NCBI GenBank assembly: GCA_958295815.1
Contig: OY282374.1
Span: 3,684,682-3,748,681, forward strand
DNA: 64,000 nucleotides
Origin: Candidatus Poribacteria bacterium
GTDB lineage: Bacteria; Poribacteria; WGA-4E; WGA-3G
Direction: 5' to 3'
Part shown: one piece after another, positions 34,905-46,321 of the stretch
How the letters are laid out: each line of letters begins with the position of its first letter
How positions within the stretch are numbered: position 1 is the first letter of the stretch
The notes under the pieces: generated by a model
Seen by the model: the letters and a program-made list of their open reading frames with translations, nothing else
The model's database searches: none
What the model was told of the DNA's origin: nothing
Translations under genes and position numbers: made by a program

Positions 34905-35492
34905 TTAAGTCAATAGAGCGACTGCTTTTTTTAGGGCACCTGCGTCTACTTTTATCTTCGCTATCTCTGCCTCGCGTTGCACATAATCCAACGTATGTTC
35001 GCGACTCATCGGGGCAGCGATGCCCTGAATAATCTTTTGGATGCGTCTCACATCGGCTTTCTTAATTCCGGTTTCCGATTCTACGCGACTATGTAGTGCG
35101 GAGGGCGATTCTGGTTCTTTAGCAGGTGCTTCGCGCTTGGAACGGGTGCCTCTGGTTTTAGGCTTCGGAGCCGACGATGAAGCAGACGTCGCTTTCGAGC
35201 GAGCGGTGCGTTTGCGAGTCGTCTTCTGTTTAGAGGACTGGATTTTCCCTACCTCAAGTGATTTGATGCCACACGCCTTACATAACTTCGCCGTGGTATC
35301 CGCTAAAGTCATCGTTGCAATCAGTTCGCTAATTGCCCCGCAGGCATCACATTCAGCAAGGTCTTCAATGCTCGTCAGGATCTCCGCATGTATGACCAGC
35401 ATCTTTTCTTTGTCAGTTTTCGTCTGTTTATCCTTCTGACAGAGTGCAATCAATTTCTGCGCTGCTTTCTCGATTGTATCTAAATGTCCCAT
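34905..35492 (-). CDS. Hypothetical zinc-ribbon protein with a long basic low-complexity segment
   Basis: 'CDACG…CKACG' forms a 4-Cys pair. The central region is K/R/S/T-rich (…KQKTTRKRTARSKATSASSSAPKPKTRGTRSKREAPAKE…). Confidence 0.5.
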   Translation of the reverse strand: MGHLDTIEKAAQKLIALCQKDKQTKTDKEKMLVIHAEILTSIEDLAECDACGAISELIATMTLADTTAKLCKACGIKSLEVGKIQSSKQKTTRKRTARSKATSASSSAPKPKTRGTRSKREAPAKEPESPSALHSRVESETGIKKADVRRIQKIIQGIAAPMSREHTLDYVQREAEIAKIKVDAGALKKAVALLT

Positions 35493-35594
35493 CTTTTCCC
35501 TCCAAAAATATGCAGTACAGGGTCCAGTCTTACATCGCGAAATCTATCCGTGATCAAGATTGCGGGGCATTATAGAGCGTATATATCCCGCCAA

Positions 35595-37181
35595 TCACTT
35601 GGTCTGCGCCGAGGTATCAAAACTTTTGTCCGTGTAGAGTTTATATTCAAAACTATCTATCAGGGCTTCACAACTCGCAGAGATGATATTTTCTGAGACA
35701 CCAACCGTGCTCCAAATTCGCTCTCCATCACTCGCTTCAATAAGTACCCTAACCTTTGAACCCGTCCCCGCTTTGGTATCCAGTACCCGGACCTTATAAT
35801 CTATGAGTCTAACTGTCTGCAAGGAGGGATAGAACTGTTCAAGTGCCTTCCTGAGCGCGGTATCGAGTGCGTTGACAGGACCATCTCCATCAGCGGCAGT
35901 GTGTGCCGTGAGACCGTCTGGTGTGGTAACCTTTACTGTCGCTTCAGAACGCATAGCGAAGTCACTGAACTGCTCAATAATCACGCGAAAACCGACAGCT
36001 TCAAAAAAGGATTCATGCCCGTTAAACACCTTGTGCGTCAAAAGTTCAAACGACGCCTCAGCAGCTTCGTATTGGTAACCATCCTGTTCTGCTTCTTTGA
36101 GTCGCTTGAAGAGTTCCAACACCTGTGGTGAATTCTTGTCGTAATCTGGATACTCCTTCTCGATTTTCTTCATAATGGTCCCGCGTCCGGCTTGGTCGGA
36201 TACGAGAATGCGTTGCGTATTGCCCACCTTCTCCGGTTCGATATGTTCGTATGTGAGACGGTTTTTACGGATCGCATCCGTATGCAAGCCGCCTTTGTGG
36301 GCAAAGGCAGAACGTCCTACGTAGGGCTGCCGTTCATCGTGCGGAAGATTAGCCAATTCACTGATGAGTCGTGAGATAGCGGTTGTCCCCTGCAACTGTG
36401 TATCACTGAGGCATTTTATTCCAAGTTTGAGTTGAATCGTTGGGATGATAGAGGCGAGATTGGCATTTCCACACCGTTCACCGTAGCCGTTAAAAGTCCC
36501 TTGTACGTGGGTTGCGCCTGCTTGCACAGCCAGTACGGAGTTTGCCGCACCCATGCCTGCATCGTTGTGCATATGAATACCCACAGGCAACGACAATTCA
36601 GAGATTACGACTTTGACACCTTCCTGAATTTCTAACGGCAACCTACCACCATTGGTATCACAAAGAACGAGACAACTCGCACCACCCGTGGCAGCTGCAC
36701 GCAAGGTCTCTATTGCATACGCAGCGTCATCGGCGTAGCCATCGAAAAAGTGTTCCGCATCGTAAATCACTTCGCGACCATTCTCCACAAGATAGCGAAC
36801 AGAATTTTCAATTAATTCCAAGTTCTCCTCTGGTGTCACCCGCAGGACATCGGTCGCATGAAGTTGCCAGCTTTTCCCAAAGATGGTGACAGTCCTCGCT
36901 CCAGTATCCAATAAAGCAGCCAGATTCGGATCGGTATCCGGAGTATAAGTCGGATAGTAAGTGCTACCGAACGGCACAACCGTCGCCGTTTCCAACACCA
37001 TATCTTTAGCACGCTTGAAAAATTCTATGTCTTTCGGGTTGGAACCGGGGTATCCCCCTTCAATATAGCGAATGCCTAACTTATCCAGTGCCTCTATGAT
37101 GATGAGTTTATCTTCAACAGAAAACGCTACGCCTTCTGCTTGACTGCCATCCCTGAGTGTTGTATCGTAAAATTCAACCAT
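35595..37181 (-). CDS. Citramalate synthase / 2-isopropylmalate synthase family (CimA-like)
   Basis: 'FYDTTLRDGSQ', 'HMHNDAGMGAANSVLAVQAGATHVQGTFNGYGERCGNANL', and a LeuA-dimer regulatory C-terminal domain. The start is placed at MVEFYD. Confidence 0.85.
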   Translation of the reverse strand: MVEFYDTTLRDGSQAEGVAFSVEDKLIIIEALDKLGIRYIEGGYPGSNPKDIEFFKRAKDMVLETATVVPFGSTYYPTYTPDTDPNLAALLDTGARTVTIFGKSWQLHATDVLRVTPEENLELIENSVRYLVENGREVIYDAEHFFDGYADDAAYAIETLRAAATGGASCLVLCDTNGGRLPLEIQEGVKVVISELSLPVGIHMHNDAGMGAANSVLAVQAGATHVQGTFNGYGERCGNANLASIIPTIQLKLGIKCLSDTQLQGTTAISRLISELANLPHDERQPYVGRSAFAHKGGLHTDAIRKNRLTYEHIEPEKVGNTQRILVSDQAGRGTIMKKIEKEYPDYDKNSPQVLELFKRLKEAEQDGYQYEAAEASFELLTHKVFNGHESFFEAVGFRVIIEQFSDFAMRSEATVKVTTPDGLTAHTAADGDGPVNALDTALRKALEQFYPSLQTVRLIDYKVRVLDTKAGTGSKVRVLIEASDGERIWSTVGVSENIISASCEALIDSFEYKLYTDKSFDTSAQTK

Positions 37182-37495
37182 GTTGCTTTCACGGCAAGTT
37201 TTGGCTCGCAAATTACGCCAAAATTCGGTGTCTCCTTTTATCTTTATATGTCGTCATTTTTGTCTAATTTACCTACTCATATTTTACCACATTTTAAGGA
37301 AAAAGTCAAATTTTGTCTGTGTTTTGCAGGGTCATTTTTTCCTGTAGAAGCGATTCCAAATTTTACCCCGCAGAATGCCACACGCGCATTTTGACGTTGA
37401 TTCACGCGGCAAAATTTGTCTTAGCTTTACATTTCCCGACCTCTTATGCTTTCCATTCTTCCATGCTTCCTGTAGGTGGAATCTCCAAATCCCGA

Positions 37496-37532
37496 CTCTT
37501 AACTTATAACTCTTAACTTATAACTTATAACC
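37496..37532. repeat. Tandem 'ctcttaacttataa' x2 (+ partial) 55 bp upstream of dacB. A similar 'acaactcataactcacaact' lies at 12526-12553 upstream of the 12558 gene
   Basis: Direct reading of the sequence. Both copies lie just upstream of start codons. Confidence 0.6.
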
Positions 37533-37586
37533 CACAACCCTATTTCTATTTTCACAATTCACCCAATTGTGATATGATAAAAAACC

Positions 37587-38852
37587 ATGAAAACCTACAC
37601 TATTTTGCTGGTCTGCGTCACATTGTTGCTATCGGGTTGTGGAATCTTAGTACCAAGACCGGCTGAAACCGAACTACCAACAGCTTCTGTAGATCCGCTC
37701 CATAAATTACAAGCCGATATTGATGCCGTCTTGCAGTACCCATTGTTCACAACCGCCAGCATCGGTATCAAGGTCGTTGCCGTTGAAACGGGAGAGATAA
37801 TTTACGGAAGAAACACCAACAAACTACACCATCCCGCCTCAACAACGAAACTCTTCACAGCAGCAACCGCCTTGGCAAAATTAGGGACTGACTACCGATT
37901 TGAAACAACACTTTATGTTGACACCACTGCGGACGCTAAAAGTACCGGCAATATCTATCTCAAAGGTAGAGCGGATCCAATGCTTCAGCGTGATGATCTC
38001 GTGCAATTGGGCGATGCCCTTCTGCAGACCGGAGTCCAATCAATACAAGGGAATATCGTCATTGACGAAACATATTTAGATCGAGTGCCGGAAGGTCCTG
38101 GATGGATGTGGGACGACAGACCGCTTATAATTAGTGCTTTAAGTATACGAGAAATTGAACCCGACACGAACACATGGAGCAGAGGTCTTGCGTGCGGACA
38201 TCTGCTAAAAACCGCACTGATGGAGAGAGGCGTTAGCGTGGCAGGCGGAGTGGTTTCTGGAACAGTTCCATCGAGTGCACAGATTGTTGCTAAACATCTA
38301 TCGCCACCACTCGCCGATATTCTCAAACTAATGAACAAACCCAGTGACAATTGGATCGCTGAATTGATCTTCAAAACGATAGGTACTGAGGTTATTGGCG
38401 AACCGGGAACTTGGAAAAAGGGCAGACAAGCCGTTAGTGAATTCTTAAATGAGATTATAAACGAGCCGCCAGCACATCGGTTCATTGACGGTTCTGGGCT
38501 CTCTCGCTACAATCTCGTCAACGCTGAATTGCTCACGAACCTGCTTGTCTACATGTATCAGAATTTTGAATTGATGCCCGAATATCTCGCTTCACTACCA
38601 ATTGCTGGTGTTGACGGGACTTTAAAAAATCGGATGCAGGGGATGTACGCAGAAAAGGTATTACGCGCAAAAACCGGCACATTAAGCGGCGTGTCTGCAC
38701 TCGCTGGTTACACCATCACCGCAGACGATGAAGTATTTGCGTTCGCAATACTCATCAGCCACTATGTCGGTTCACCACGAGCAGCACGGAGTGTCCAAGA
38801 TAAGATAGGGAATTACCTGACCAGTTTCAGTCGCCGTTCAGTTTTCCAATAA
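37587..38852 (+). CDS. dacB: D-alanyl-D-alanine carboxypeptidase/endopeptidase, PBP4 family (peptidase S13), lipoprotein
   Basis: Lipobox 'LLSGCG'. SxxK 'ASTTKLF', SxN 'KPSDNWIAE', and KTG 'KTGTLSGVSALAGY'. Confidence 0.88.
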   Translation: MKTYTILLVCVTLLLSGCGILVPRPAETELPTASVDPLHKLQADIDAVLQYPLFTTASIGIKVVAVETGEIIYGRNTNKLHHPASTTKLFTAATALAKLGTDYRFETTLYVDTTADAKSTGNIYLKGRADPMLQRDDLVQLGDALLQTGVQSIQGNIVIDETYLDRVPEGPGWMWDDRPLIISALSIREIEPDTNTWSRGLACGHLLKTALMERGVSVAGGVVSGTVPSSAQIVAKHLSPPLADILKLMNKPSDNWIAELIFKTIGTEVIGEPGTWKKGRQAVSEFLNEIINEPPAHRFIDGSGLSRYNLVNAELLTNLLVYMYQNFELMPEYLASLPIAGVDGTLKNRMQGMYAEKVLRAKTGTLSGVSALAGYTITADDEVFAFAILISHYVGSPRAARSVQDKIGNYLTSFSRRSVFQ

Positions 38853-38997
38853 TTTACATCTGAATGCCCGAACTTGTTCGGGATAGATCGCCGTAGGTTG
38901 GGTTGAACGAAACTGAGAAAACAAATGCCCGGTTCCAAATACCATCAACCCAATATGGGGAATACACACTTAAGAACGCAGTGAACCCAACTTCAAC

Positions 38998-39777
38998 TCA
39001 ATCAAACCGAGACGTAATCTCCGGCGGTGGTTCTCCCACAACAGACGCACCATCTTTCAACAACGGCTCAGCATTCCCCCATAAACGACTTCCATCATGC
39101 GACAGAAGTGGTTCCGCCGAATACTGCGCAAGATACGCACGCCGTAGGTTATTCGTGTAGTTCGTACCGCTACAGTGGAAGTTGATACTCGTAAACGCCA
39201 CAATACTCCCAGCAGGCACAATAGCAGGCACACCCTTCTCCGGTCCGAAGTAGCCCACCATATCGTTGCTTACCTCTTCACGGACGTGCTTCACCCACGA
39301 ACGAATCCCAATCTGAGAAAACGGCATCACATAAACCGTTCCGTTCTCTTCAGACATATCATCAAGCGCACACCAACAGGTAAGATAAGGCTTATGATCA
39401 GGATAGCCGACATAGCCAGAATCCTGATGCCAGCTGAACTTCATCCCCGCTTCCGCGCCTTTGACGACATACTGCTCCCAGAAAAGATACGCCGTATCGC
39501 CTAAAGTCGCACGACAAACTTCTGCCATCAGGTCGCTGAATAGAAATTCACGAAGTTTCGGCTGTTTCCTAAAGCAGTTTGAGACAAAATACCGTTTGTC
39601 GCGATGATTGATACCGAGGACATCCGTATCCTGCCTGTCCATCTCAGCGTCCATCTGACTAATAAAAGTACCGCACTCACCGCGGAGAAGTTCCAAAAGC
39701 GACTCCGGGATAACATTCTCTAAAATGAAATAGCCTTCCTCTTGGAATTGCTGTTTCTGTGCATCGGTTATGTTCAT
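38998..39777 (-). CDS. Phytanoyl-CoA dioxygenase (PhyH) family protein
   Basis: 'FSWHQDSGY', '…HCSGTN…', and PhyH-like length. The start is chosen at MNITDAQ, with 'ggag' 8 nt upstream. Confidence 0.75.
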   Translation of the reverse strand: MNITDAQKQQFQEEGYFILENVIPESLLELLRGECGTFISQMDAEMDRQDTDVLGINHRDKRYFVSNCFRKQPKLREFLFSDLMAEVCRATLGDTAYLFWEQYVVKGAEAGMKFSWHQDSGYVGYPDHKPYLTCWCALDDMSEENGTVYVMPFSQIGIRSWVKHVREEVSNDMVGYFGPEKGVPAIVPAGSIVAFTSINFHCSGTNYTNNLRRAYLAQYSAEPLLSHDGSRLWGNAEPLLKDGASVVGEPPPEITSRFD

Positions 39778-39824
39778 ACAATCTCCACAAGGGCTTGCAA
39801 ACACTGGTGCCCCATCAAAATCTC

Positions 39825-40961
39825 CTATTCAATATTTACTCGTCGAACGACCTGGCCGTGGCTCTCCCAATAGGTGTATTTTCCAGTAATATAGTCAGAA
39901 TCCGCTGCAGGTTGGATATTTCCGTTCGTATCAATGGCTCTGGAGACAACCGTGTGTTCACCCCTTGACGGATTACTCCAATCAAGATGCCAAATTTTCC
40001 AGGCAAACTCCGCATCCTCTTCCGGATCAATCGTCACCTTTTGCCAAGTACCGCCATCAATACTCACCTCGACAGTTGCAATAGGAGCACCCCACGCAGC
40101 ACCATAGATACGGTATTTATCATCAATACGTGTTACCTTCGCTGCTAACGATTTCAACTGCGTCCTACCAACCGAAGTCTCCATCCAGACCGATTCACCG
40201 TCCGGACGTTTCTCTTCACGCATCGTAACATAATCACGACCCATGAACCTACCCATAAAGCGGGTATCACGAATCTCAATACGTTTGAGCCATTTGACGC
40301 AGGCGATGCCGTACCAGCCAGGAGCAATCAGACGGAGCGGCGCACCGTTCGGGTGTGGTAAGGGTTCACCATTCATCTCGTAGCAAAGGAGATTAGTATC
40401 TTCCAGCGCATCTTCAACGGACATGCTCCGCGCAAAATTTTGACGCATCTTTACATCCCGTCGTTCCTCTTCTCCGACATCGTGTCCAAAGAAGATAACT
40501 TCAATGCCATTTTCTTGGATGCCAGCCTCTTTGAGAATCGGTGCGAGAGGTGTACCACTCCATTTTGCGTTGCCAATGCCACCCGTGAATGTTGGAAATC
40601 CGTGATTACCAGAACACTCCAAAGTAAAGGTTACATCCTGCCTAGGTCGCGCTTTGATGTCTTCAATCGTGAGCATCAACGGATTCTCAACCAAACCACT
40701 CACCTCAAGCCGCCACGTCTCAAGATCGACTTCGGGCTTGCCATAATGTGAGACGTTGAAGAATTTATCGTTTGGAGTGATAAAGGAATCGAGTTCGTTC
40801 CAATCCAGCAAACCGCGTTCTGAGGGCGGTTCCGGCGGTTGGTCGGCGAACGGGATCAGCACTTCACCCTCACGACTTGGGAAGGCATAGACTGCCCACG
40901 GGCTGAGCAGCAACCCTGTAAGCGTTAAACCGCTCCGTCGCAAAAAATCTCTACGTTCCAT
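39825..40961 (-). CDS. Sulfite-oxidase-family molybdopterin oxidoreductase (SorA/SO-like), Tat-exported
   Basis: Twin-arginine signal 'MERRDFLRRSGLTLTGLLL…A'. The Moco domain shows 'FFNVSHYGKPEV…CSGNHG…GNAKWSGTPL', followed by a C-terminal dimerisation domain. Confidence 0.82.
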   Translation of the reverse strand: MERRDFLRRSGLTLTGLLLSPWAVYAFPSREGEVLIPFADQPPEPPSERGLLDWNELDSFITPNDKFFNVSHYGKPEVDLETWRLEVSGLVENPLMLTIEDIKARPRQDVTFTLECSGNHGFPTFTGGIGNAKWSGTPLAPILKEAGIQENGIEVIFFGHDVGEEERRDVKMRQNFARSMSVEDALEDTNLLCYEMNGEPLPHPNGAPLRLIAPGWYGIACVKWLKRIEIRDTRFMGRFMGRDYVTMREEKRPDGESVWMETSVGRTQLKSLAAKVTRIDDKYRIYGAAWGAPIATVEVSIDGGTWQKVTIDPEEDAEFAWKIWHLDWSNPSRGEHTVVSRAIDTNGNIQPAADSDYITGKYTYWESHGQVVRRVNIE

Positions 40962-41017
40962 ACTACCTGCCTCCTCATTCTTCCAGTAGGCGTTGCTTTT
41001 AGTGTTCCACTATCAGG

Positions 41018-41731
41018 TTATCCGCCCATTGCTGCGAGGTAATTAGCGTTAACCTGTTCCCAATTAACAACTTTCCCCCATGCATCAACATAATCGGCAC
41101 GTCGGTTCTGGTAATTGAGATAGTAAGCGTGCTCCCAAACATCGAGACCGAGAATAGGCGTATGGCCCTTCATCAGTGGACTATCCTGATTCGATGTCGA
41201 ATAGATTTGCAACTTCTTGTTTTCATCAACAACGAGCCATGCCCAACCTGAACCGAAATGTGTTTTCGCTGCTTTGACAAACATTTCATTTCCGGCATCC
41301 AGCGAACCGAACGTTGACTGAATCGCTTCTGCGACTTTCCCTGTCTGTTCACTGCCGTTGGGTTTCATAATGCTCCAGAAAAGCGTATGATTCGCGTGTC
41401 CTCCACCGCTATTGATCACGGTTTGACGAAGGTGTTTTGGCACCTTTTCAATATCACGAAGCATCTGCTCAAGGGTCATGTGCTGCAAATCATGACTCCG
41501 CGCAATTGCCGCATTAAGTTTATTGATATATCCTTGGTGATGTTTTCCGTGATGGATCTCCATCGTGCGCTTATCAATATGTGGTTCAAGCGCATCATAC
41601 GCATACGGCAGTGGTGGTAAGGTCTGACCTACCTGATGACCATGCTGAGCATATACGCGCAGTGGACTATTAGCGAAAAGCATGCCTGCCAAGACAGTGC
41701 TTCCCTGAATTAAAAAATTCCTACGATTCAT
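41018..41731 (-). CDS. Fe/Mn superoxide dismutase with Tat signal peptide
   Basis: '[10 protein letters not shown]…' is an RR leader. '[25 protein letters not shown]' and 'DVWEHAYYL' are canonical SOD motifs. Confidence 0.92.
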   Translation of the reverse strand: MNRRNFLIQGSTVLAGMLFANSPLRVYAQHGHQVGQTLPPLPYAYDALEPHIDKRTMEIHHGKHHQGYINKLNAAIARSHDLQHMTLEQMLRDIEKVPKHLRQTVINSGGGHANHTLFWSIMKPNGSEQTGKVAEAIQSTFGSLDAGNEMFVKAAKTHFGSGWAWLVVDENKKLQIYSTSNQDSPLMKGHTPILGLDVWEHAYYLNYQNRRADYVDAWGKVVNWEQVNANYLAAMGG

Positions 41732-41897
41732 GAATGAGTTCTCCTTGTCCTACTGTTTTGAATGGCATTTTAACAATAATTATAGGTATGTGTCAAGATA
41801 AATTTGGGTTGATTTTGACAAGGAGATATGGTATCGTGATTATGGTACGCACACCAAGATAGCAAAATCTCTATACCAGAGACATCGGAAACAATTG

Positions 41898-42809
41898 ATG
41901 AACGACCCTAACACTTTTCGCATCCTCGCGTTAGACGGCGGCGGCACCCGCGGAATATACACTGCCCAACTCCTCGCCAAAATTGAACAAGCTTTTCAGA
42001 CCCCGATTAATACCTGTTTCGACCTCATCGTCGGAACAAGCACAGGGTCAATCATTGCAGGTGCTGCCGTCTCCGATATCCCTATGCAAGATATTGTCGA
42101 ACTCTTTGACACCGAGACACCACATATCTTCAAAAGACGGTGGTATCGTATCCCGTTATTCCTCAGTAAATACCCAAGCGAAAAACTCGCGCAGATCCTC
42201 GCTGCGCATATTCCCGCAACACCTCTCGGCGAAGTAGCGACCCCTCTGATGATAACAAGTTCAGAGATCTCCAAAAGTGAAGTCCATATTTTCAGATCAA
42301 ATTATACTGACAAACCCAACAAGTCTGATCCTTCAAATAAAGACGTGAATCTAAGGGACGCTATCCTCGCTTCCTGCGCCGCACCCACGTTTTTCGCCCC
42401 AAAATCCATCGGCAACTTCCTGTTGGCAGATGGAGGACTCTGGGCAAACAATCCTTCTACAATCGCCTTCACCGAGGCACTCTCAGCATTTGGAAAAGAG
42501 CCACAAGAGATACGAATGCTGTCTATCGGCACAGGACATTCAGTCAACATGTATCGCAACAGACGCGGTTGGGGATTTATCACGGGGTGGGGTGGCGCGA
42601 AATTAACCTCTTACGTAATGAGTTTGCAATCTCAGGCATCCGCAAACATGGCGAAAATCATACTAAGAGAGAATTACCTACGCATCAATCCAGAAATTGA
42701 TTTCTGGGAGTTGGATACCCTTACGCAGTTAGACAACCTTAAGTCTCTCGCAGATCGAGATTTTAAGAAGCACGGCGAAGGAATTGAGACGTTCCTTCGC
42801 CGCGTATAG
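41898..42809 (+). CDS. Patatin-like phospholipase
   Basis: 'ILALDGGGTRGIYTA' (GGGxRG) and 'GTSTGSIIA' (GxSxG), plus a catalytic-Asp region 'ADGGLWANNP'. Confidence 0.88.
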   Translation: MNDPNTFRILALDGGGTRGIYTAQLLAKIEQAFQTPINTCFDLIVGTSTGSIIAGAAVSDIPMQDIVELFDTETPHIFKRRWYRIPLFLSKYPSEKLAQILAAHIPATPLGEVATPLMITSSEISKSEVHIFRSNYTDKPNKSDPSNKDVNLRDAILASCAAPTFFAPKSIGNFLLADGGLWANNPSTIAFTEALSAFGKEPQEIRMLSIGTGHSVNMYRNRRGWGFITGWGGAKLTSYVMSLQSQASANMAKIILRENYLRINPEIDFWELDTLTQLDNLKSLADRDFKKHGEGIETFLRRV

Positions 42810-42882
42810 TGCTATATTCAATGCCGTTGTTACTTATGATAAGTCAGAATAGGCATTTATAGTTCTGATTCGTGTTTCGCTG

Positions 42883-44055
42883 CTATCTCGCCATAGCTTC
42901 CTGAACTAACCAAACCGAAATAGACTGAATAATAATTTGATGTGCCCGTTCAACAACCGGATTTAACGACGGTATATGGGTAAACATATTTCGCGCTTTG
43001 TCTTTCAGGTCTGCAGGTGCTGGTAACTCAGGGATTTTCACTTCTCTAAGGAATTTTTCTACCTCACTCTGACCGATACGAGCGCGTTTACGCAGTTCTT
43101 CTAACTTTGGCGTGTGCGACCATGTGTTCAATAGTGATTTGCCGATCTGTTCAACCGAAAAACTTGCAGCCAGCTGCTCCGCGGCATTTTCAACGACACT
43201 AAGGGAGACTTTACGTATACCCGCAACCACGTGTGCTGGAGGCAAGCGAAGGTCCCAAACAATCCTGAAAATCGACAAAAATTTCAAGATGTAATATGTG
43301 ATATCGATTTGCCACCAGTGGAAGCCTTGAGGTGTAGCGCTTGGGAAATGATGGTGATTATTGTGCCAACCTTCACCTAATGTAATAATAGCCAGAAATA
43401 GATTGTTGCGAGAGTGATCTCCAGTGACGTAGGACTGTTTACCATAAACGTGGGAAAGCGAATTAATCGTGAATGTCCCATGAAATAGCAAAACCGTACT
43501 CAAGAAGAACCCTACGAAAAGACCTGACCAACCTGCAACTGCCCAAACGAGAACCCCTAACAGGAATGGCGGAACTCTTTCCCGCTTTTCCAGCCAGGCG
43601 AGTTCTGGATATTTCTGAAAATCCTTAATTGAACTATAATCTGCAGTCCGTCCAGGTTTGGCGAAAATCCAAAGCAGATGGGCATACCAGAAGCCATGTT
43701 TAACAGGAGAATGGAGGTCTTGGTCTGTGTCGGAGTACTTGTGATGTAGACGGTGTTTCGATGCCCACCATAGCACACCCCGTTGTGCTGAACTCTGACC
43801 CAAGAATGCCAGTAGAAATTGGAATACACGACTGGTTTTAAATGAACGGTGTGAAAAATATCGGTGAAATCCCGCTGTGATCCCGAACATCCGAATAACG
43901 TACAAGGCACCACATATGATCCAATCTATGGGTTGAACGTCTACCCAGATAATTCCAAAACACGCGAGATGCATCATTATGAAAGGCAAAACTCGTGGGT
44001 GAACAATGTCCTCCATATCGGCAGGACACGAGATATTTTGTTCTTTAGAAGCCAC
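42883..44055 (-). CDS. Membrane acyl-CoA/acyl-lipid delta-9-type fatty acid desaturase with a ~100-aa C-terminal extension
   Basis: His boxes 'HRLHHKYSDTDQDLHSP', 'HNNHHHFP', and 'HRYFSH', plus TM helices. Confidence 0.85.
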   Translation of the reverse strand: MASKEQNISCPADMEDIVHPRVLPFIMMHLACFGIIWVDVQPIDWIICGALYVIRMFGITAGFHRYFSHRSFKTSRVFQFLLAFLGQSSAQRGVLWWASKHRLHHKYSDTDQDLHSPVKHGFWYAHLLWIFAKPGRTADYSSIKDFQKYPELAWLEKRERVPPFLLGVLVWAVAGWSGLFVGFFLSTVLLFHGTFTINSLSHVYGKQSYVTGDHSRNNLFLAIITLGEGWHNNHHHFPSATPQGFHWWQIDITYYILKFLSIFRIVWDLRLPPAHVVAGIRKVSLSVVENAAEQLAASFSVEQIGKSLLNTWSHTPKLEELRKRARIGQSEVEKFLREVKIPELPAPADLKDKARNMFTHIPSLNPVVERAHQIIIQSISVWLVQEAMAR

Positions 44056-44318
44056 TACTGCTGTGTTCCTTTTGCTTTTAGCTTTCTACGTAGAGCGATG
44101 GCACGATTACGTAATTGAAAATTATACCCAGACGCGTCGGAAGCCCATCAGAGCAGACACCACAGGTATCCGTGAAATGACGAAATGAACAAATTCTACA
44201 TTTCGCCGAAAAGTTGATTTATTATGCTTACTACCTAAGAAACAAATCGCTTGCGACTGTGAGGAAGACTTGTCGTTCGGGTACTCAAGTTGGTCAATAG
44301 CTGTGGAATTCAGGTTGG

Positions 44319-44352
44319 TTATAGGACGAGATCCTAAGATCTCGTCCTATAA
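44319..44352. terminator. Perfect 15-bp inverted repeat (ttataggacgagatc-ctaa-gatctcgtcctataa) immediately downstream of the pckG stop
   Basis: Seen directly in the sequence. It is positioned 18 bp 3' of the minus-strand pckG stop and is followed by T-rich sequence on the + strand. Confidence 0.55.
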
Positions 44353-44369
44353 TATTAGAGGTATCAGTA

Positions 44370-46163
44370 TTATTGATTCTCACGCAAGCGAGCCTCTAAT
44401 GCCGCCAATTCATCAGATAACGCCTTCGGCAACTTATCGCCAAAACGCTCATAGTGCTCTCGAATTGATTCAATTTCGTTGAGCCACTCTTCGACATTAA
44501 CGTCCAAAAGTTCATCCATCTGTTCTGCTGTTACATCCAGTCCAGCGATGTCAATTGCATCCGGTGTGGGCAGATAGCCTATCGGAGTTTCAACCGCCTC
44601 ACCTTTTCCAGAAACGCGTTCTACGATCCACTTGAGCACACGGCTGTTTTCGCCGAAGCCGGGCCAGAGCCAACCACCATCGGCATCTTTGCGGAACCAA
44701 TTGACGTAAAAGATCTTCGGCAGTTTGCTGGCATCGGTATTCCCACCCATTTCCAACCAGTGTGCGAAGTAGTCCCCCATGTTATAACCACAAAACGGGA
44801 GCATTGCCATCGGGTCGCGCCTGAGTTCACCGACTGTTCCAGCGGCGGCAGCAGTACGCTCGGAGGAAGCAATAGAACCGATAAAGGTGCCGTGCTGCCA
44901 ATCGAATGTCTCAAACACGAGCGGTACTGTCGTAGCGCGTCGTCCGCCGAAAAGGATTGCCGAAATCGGCACGCCGTTCGGATTTTCCCAGTTCGGATCG
45001 ATAATTGGACATTGCGAAGCGGGCGTTGTATAGCGGGCATTCGGATGTGCCGCTGTTTTTTCATCGCCAGGATGCCACTCTTCACCGAGCCAACTTGTGA
45101 GCGTTTCAGGTAGCTCCTCGCTCTTCTCTTCCCACCAGACATCCGTATCTTCTGTGAGGGCGGCGTTCGTGAAGATTGAGTTTGATTCGAGTGTATACAT
45201 TGCATTCGGGTTGGTGTCCATCGATGTACCAGGGGCAACTCCGAAAAAGCCTGCTTCCGGGTTGATCGCGTAGAGCCTGCCATCTTCACCAAATTTCATC
45301 CATGCAATGTCATCACCGATCGTCTCGGCTTTCCAACCCGGTAAGGTTGGTGTTAACATCGCGAGATTTGTTTTCCCACATGCACTCGGAAACGCTGCCG
45401 CAATATAAGTTTTCTCGCCTTCGGGACTGGTTAATCCCAATATAAGCATGTGTTCTGCCATCCATCCATCATTTTTTGCCATCACAGAGGCGATACGGAG
45501 GGCGTAGCATTTTTTACCCAGCAGCGCGTTCCCACCATAGCCACTACCATAGGACCAGATGGAGCGTTCTTCGGGAAAGTGTACAATATATTTGTTATCA
45601 GCATTGCAGGGCCAGACAACATCATCCTGCCCCGGTTCAAGTGGCATTCCCACCGAGTGTAGGCACGGCACAAAATCGCCATCTTCGCCAAGCACATCAA
45701 GCACTGCATTTCCCATGCGGGTCATGATACGCATATTGACGACAACATAAGGTGAATCGCTGATTTCAACACCAATATGTGAAATCGGTGAACCGAGAGG
45801 TCCCATGCTGAACGGCACAACATACATCGTTCTGCCTCTCATACAACCCTTGAAGAGTCCTTTGAGAGTGGATTTCATTTCGTCTGGATCGTGCCAGTTG
45901 TTCGTTGGACCCGCTTCAAGTGGGGATTTTGCGCAGATGAACGTTCTGTCTTCAACGCGTGCGACATCGGCAGGGTTGGAACGGGCAAGATAACTTCCTG
46001 GGCGTTTTTTCGGATCTAAACGGACAAAGGTCCCTTTCTGGACGAGTTCCTCGCACAATCGATCGTTTTCTTCTTGGGACCCATCACACCAATAGATGGC
46101 GTCGGGTTGGCAGAGTTCTGCTGCCTCTTCGACCCAACGCTGTAACTTCTTATTTTTGGTCAT
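44370..46163 (-). CDS. pckG: Phosphoenolpyruvate carboxykinase (GTP)
   Basis: '…WCDGSQEE…', kinase-1a '[13 protein letters not shown]', and ~600 aa length typical of GTP-dependent PEPCK. Confidence 0.93.
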   Translation of the reverse strand: MTKNKKLQRWVEEAAELCQPDAIYWCDGSQEENDRLCEELVQKGTFVRLDPKKRPGSYLARSNPADVARVEDRTFICAKSPLEAGPTNNWHDPDEMKSTLKGLFKGCMRGRTMYVVPFSMGPLGSPISHIGVEISDSPYVVVNMRIMTRMGNAVLDVLGEDGDFVPCLHSVGMPLEPGQDDVVWPCNADNKYIVHFPEERSIWSYGSGYGGNALLGKKCYALRIASVMAKNDGWMAEHMLILGLTSPEGEKTYIAAAFPSACGKTNLAMLTPTLPGWKAETIGDDIAWMKFGEDGRLYAINPEAGFFGVAPGTSMDTNPNAMYTLESNSIFTNAALTEDTDVWWEEKSEELPETLTSWLGEEWHPGDEKTAAHPNARYTTPASQCPIIDPNWENPNGVPISAILFGGRRATTVPLVFETFDWQHGTFIGSIASSERTAAAAGTVGELRRDPMAMLPFCGYNMGDYFAHWLEMGGNTDASKLPKIFYVNWFRKDADGGWLWPGFGENSRVLKWIVERVSGKGEAVETPIGYLPTPDAIDIAGLDVTAEQMDELLDVNVEEWLNEIESIREHYERFGDKLPKALSDELAALEARLRENQ

Positions 46164-46321
46164 TTAAACCTCCAGTTGTTGAATACATTTATTATTACTC
46201 CTATATATTTTACAACAAATTTCCCGACTTCGCAAATTAAATCCAAAATAGTCTATAGGTTAGGCGTCGATTATTTTTTCCAATTGCTGCTGGAAAATCA
46301 CGTCTATCGAGATTAAGCGAC

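Noticed and set aside
44621-45292. 223-aa ORF on - strand within pckG region (other frame) and 117-aa + ORF 44760-45113
   Set aside because: It overlaps the well-supported pckG CDS. Arg-rich composition is typical of out-of-frame translation of GC-rich coding DNA.
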